From a phage: a stretch of DNA of 349 bases. Within the stretch, counting starts at the first letter, position 1; the number at the start of each line of letters is the position of its first letter. The DNA is taken from the sequence record M10565.1; one strand, 5' to 3'. The translations under genes and the position numbers were made by a program. The notes below the pieces were generated by a model. It did not search any database and was not told the DNA's origin. It saw nothing but the letters and a program-made list of their open reading frames with translations. Of this stretch, positions 1 to 349 are shown in pieces.

Positions 1-1
1 A

Positions 2-178
2 CGCAAGTTCTTCAGCGAAAAGCACGACAGTGGTCGCTACATAGCGTGGTTCCATACTGGAGGTGAAATCACCGACAGCATGAAGTCCGCCGGCGTGCGC
101 GTTATACGCACTTCGGAGTGGCTAACGCCGGTTCCCACATTCCCTCAGGAGTGTGGGCCAGCGAGCTCTCCTCGGTAG
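2..178 (+). CDS. rep: RNA-directed RNA polymerase (replicase beta subunit), C-terminal fragment; 5'-truncated by the window edge, stop codon included
   Basis: Frame starting at position 2 is open for 58 sense codons from the window edge and ends at UAG 176-178. My hand translation is RKFFSEKHDSGRYIAWFHTGGEITDSMKSAGVRVIRTSEWLTPVPTFPQECGPASSPR*. It has a balanced, non-repetitive composition, unlike the Arg/Pro-rich antisense ORF. The stop lies 171 nt before the terminus, matching the levivirus layout where the replicase gene is last and is followed by a 3' UTR of about 170 nt. The ORF track missed it because it has no in-window start codon. Product assignment rests on recognising the 3' terminus, not on a homology search. 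Confidence 0.85.
   Translation, partial: RKFFSEKHDSGRYIAWFHTGGEITDSMKSAGVRVIRTSEWLTPVPTFPQECGPASSPR
134..157 (+). other. Putative hairpin within the replicase coding region (CCCACA / UGUGGG arms)
   Basis: C134-G157, C135-G156, C136-G155, A137-T154, C138-G153, A139-T152, with a possible T140-G151 wobble; loop of about 10 nt (141-150). Found by eye only; not supported by covariation. Confidence 0.35.
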
Positions 179-188
179 CTGACCGAGG
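170..188 (+). other. Hairpin with the replicase UAG stop codon inside its 7-nt loop
   Basis: C170-G188, C171-G187, T172-A186, C173-G185, G174-C184, G175-C183; loop 176-182 TAGCTGA, whose first three bases are the stop codon. Confidence 0.5.
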
Positions 189-191
189 GAC

Positions 192-205
192 CCCCGTAAA
201 CGGGG
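192..205 (+). other. Hairpin CCCCG(UAAA)CGGGG
   Basis: C192-G205, C193-G204, C194-G203, C195-G202, G196-C201; loop 197-200 TAAA. Confidence 0.55.
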
Positions 206-210
206 TGGGT

Positions 211-226
211 GTGCTCGAAAGAGCAC
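211..226 (+). other. Hairpin GTGCTC(GAAA)GAGCAC, 6-bp stem with GNRA tetraloop
   Basis: G211-C226, T212-A225, G213-C224, C214-G223, T215-A222, C216-G221; loop 217-220 GAAA. Perfect inverted repeat. Confidence 0.65.
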
Positions 227-230
227 GGGT

Positions 231-242
231 CCGCGAAAGCGG
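231..242 (+). other. Hairpin CCGC(GAAA)GCGG, GNRA tetraloop
   Basis: C231-G242, C232-G241, G233-C240, C234-G239; loop 235-238 GAAA. Nucleotides 227-232 GGGTCC also have alternative partners (see findings), so this is one of competing folds. Confidence 0.55.
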
Positions 243-247
243 TGGCT

Positions 248-261
248 CCACCGAAAGGTGG
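248..261 (+). other. Hairpin CCACC(GAAA)GGTGG, GNRA tetraloop
   Basis: C248-G261, C249-G260, A250-T259, C251-G258, C252-G257; loop 253-256 GAAA. Confidence 0.6.
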
Positions 262-263
262 GC

Positions 264-275
264 GGGCTTCGGCCC
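264..275 (+). other. Hairpin GGGC(UUCG)GCCC, C(UUCG)G extra-stable tetraloop
   Basis: G264-C275, G265-C274, G266-C273, C267-G272; loop 268-271 TTCG. UUCG closed by a C-G pair is the classic ultra-stable tetraloop. Confidence 0.6.
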
Positions 276-318
276 AGGGACCTCCCCCTAAAGAGAGGAC
301 CCGGGATTCTCCCGATTT

Positions 319-344
319 GGTAACTAGCTGCTTGGCTAGTTACC
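319..344 (+). other. 3'-terminal stem-loop: 10-bp perfect stem with 6-nt loop UGCUUG
   Basis: 5' arm GGTAACTAGC (319-328) pairs perfectly with 3' arm GCTAGTTACC (335-344): G319-C344, G320-C343, T321-A342, A322-T341, A323-T340, C324-G339, T325-A338, A326-T337, G327-C336, C328-G335. Loop is 329-334 TGCTTG. It sits directly before the ACCCA tail. Confidence 0.8.
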
Positions 345-349
345 ACCCA
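345..349 (+). other. Single-stranded 3' tail ACCCA (genome terminus)
   Basis: Five unpaired nucleotides follow the terminal helix and the sequence ends here. Levivirus genomes are known to end in CCA/CCCA, with the replicase initiating opposite a 3' C and the terminal A generally regarded as untemplated. Confidence 0.7.

Larger units (their letters stand above)
179..349 (+). promoter_or_regulatory. 3' untranslated region of an MS2-like ssRNA phage genome (template region for minus-strand initiation by the replicase)
   Basis: No credible sense-strand coding frame after UAG 176-178. The region is GC-rich and resolves almost completely into short stable hairpins, ending in ...ACCACCCA-3', which is how I recall MS2/R17/f2-type genomes ending. 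Its 171-nt length fits a levivirus 3' UTR. Confidence 0.8.

Noticed and set aside
192-275. CRISPR-like or tandem direct-repeat array, suggested by regularly spaced short palindromes
   Set aside because: The hairpins have different stem sequences and lengths; only the loop motifs recur. There are no conserved direct repeats of 20 nt or more and no spacer periodicity. This is RNA structure, not a repeat array.
122-346. Minus-strand 74-aa ORF from the supplied track (MVTSQAASYQIGRIPGPLFRGRSLGRSPPTFRWSHRFRGPVLFRAHPPRLRGSLGQLPRRARWPTLLRECGNRR)
   Set aside because: It is antisense to a plus-strand RNA phage genome, starts at a GTG inside the terminal hairpin, and overlaps the entire structured 3' UTR. 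Its Arg/Pro/Gly-rich, low-complexity composition is typical of a reverse-strand read-through of GC-rich structured RNA. No ribosome-binding site is evident.
319-349. Rho-independent transcription terminator (GC-rich hairpin at the end of a gene)
   Set aside because: The hairpin is followed by ACCCA, not a U/T tract, and the sequence is an RNA genome terminus and not a DNA transcription unit.
300-349. tRNA, tRNA-like structure or tmRNA, suggested by the ...CCA-like 3' end and GGTTCC motifs at 48-53 and 130-135
   Set aside because: No cloverleaf can be drawn: there is no acceptor stem pairing with a 5' end, no D-arm, anticodon arm or T-arm arrangement, and the GGTTCC motifs lie in coding sequence far from the terminus. 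The CCCA tail is explained by the phage replicase initiation site.
1-349. Novel defence or accessory system
   Set aside because: The window is only 349 nt and is fully accounted for by a truncated replicase gene plus the 3' UTR of a well-known phage type. Nothing is left unexplained that would need a new system.

Overview
This window appears to be the 3'-terminal 349 nt of a positive-sense ssRNA coliphage genome of the MS2 type (Leviviridae/Fiersviridae), shown as cDNA, and not a novel system. I recognise the terminal sequence from memory (it ends ...GGTAACTAGCTGCTTGGCTAGTTACCACCCA-3'), but this is not a database result and I could not run an alignment. Two parts are evident: (1) positions 2-178 on the + strand are an open reading frame running in from the left edge and ending at UAG 176-178, consistent with the C-terminus of the replicase (RdRp beta subunit); (2) positions 179-349 are a 171-nt GC-rich untranslated tail made of short tetraloop-capped hairpins, ending in a 10-bp terminal stem-loop and a single-stranded ACCCA tail. 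The only ORF in the supplied track (minus strand 122..346) is antisense to an RNA-phage genome and overlaps the structured UTR; I consider it spurious. MS2 is a widely used spike-in/extraction control, so contamination or control origin should be considered.
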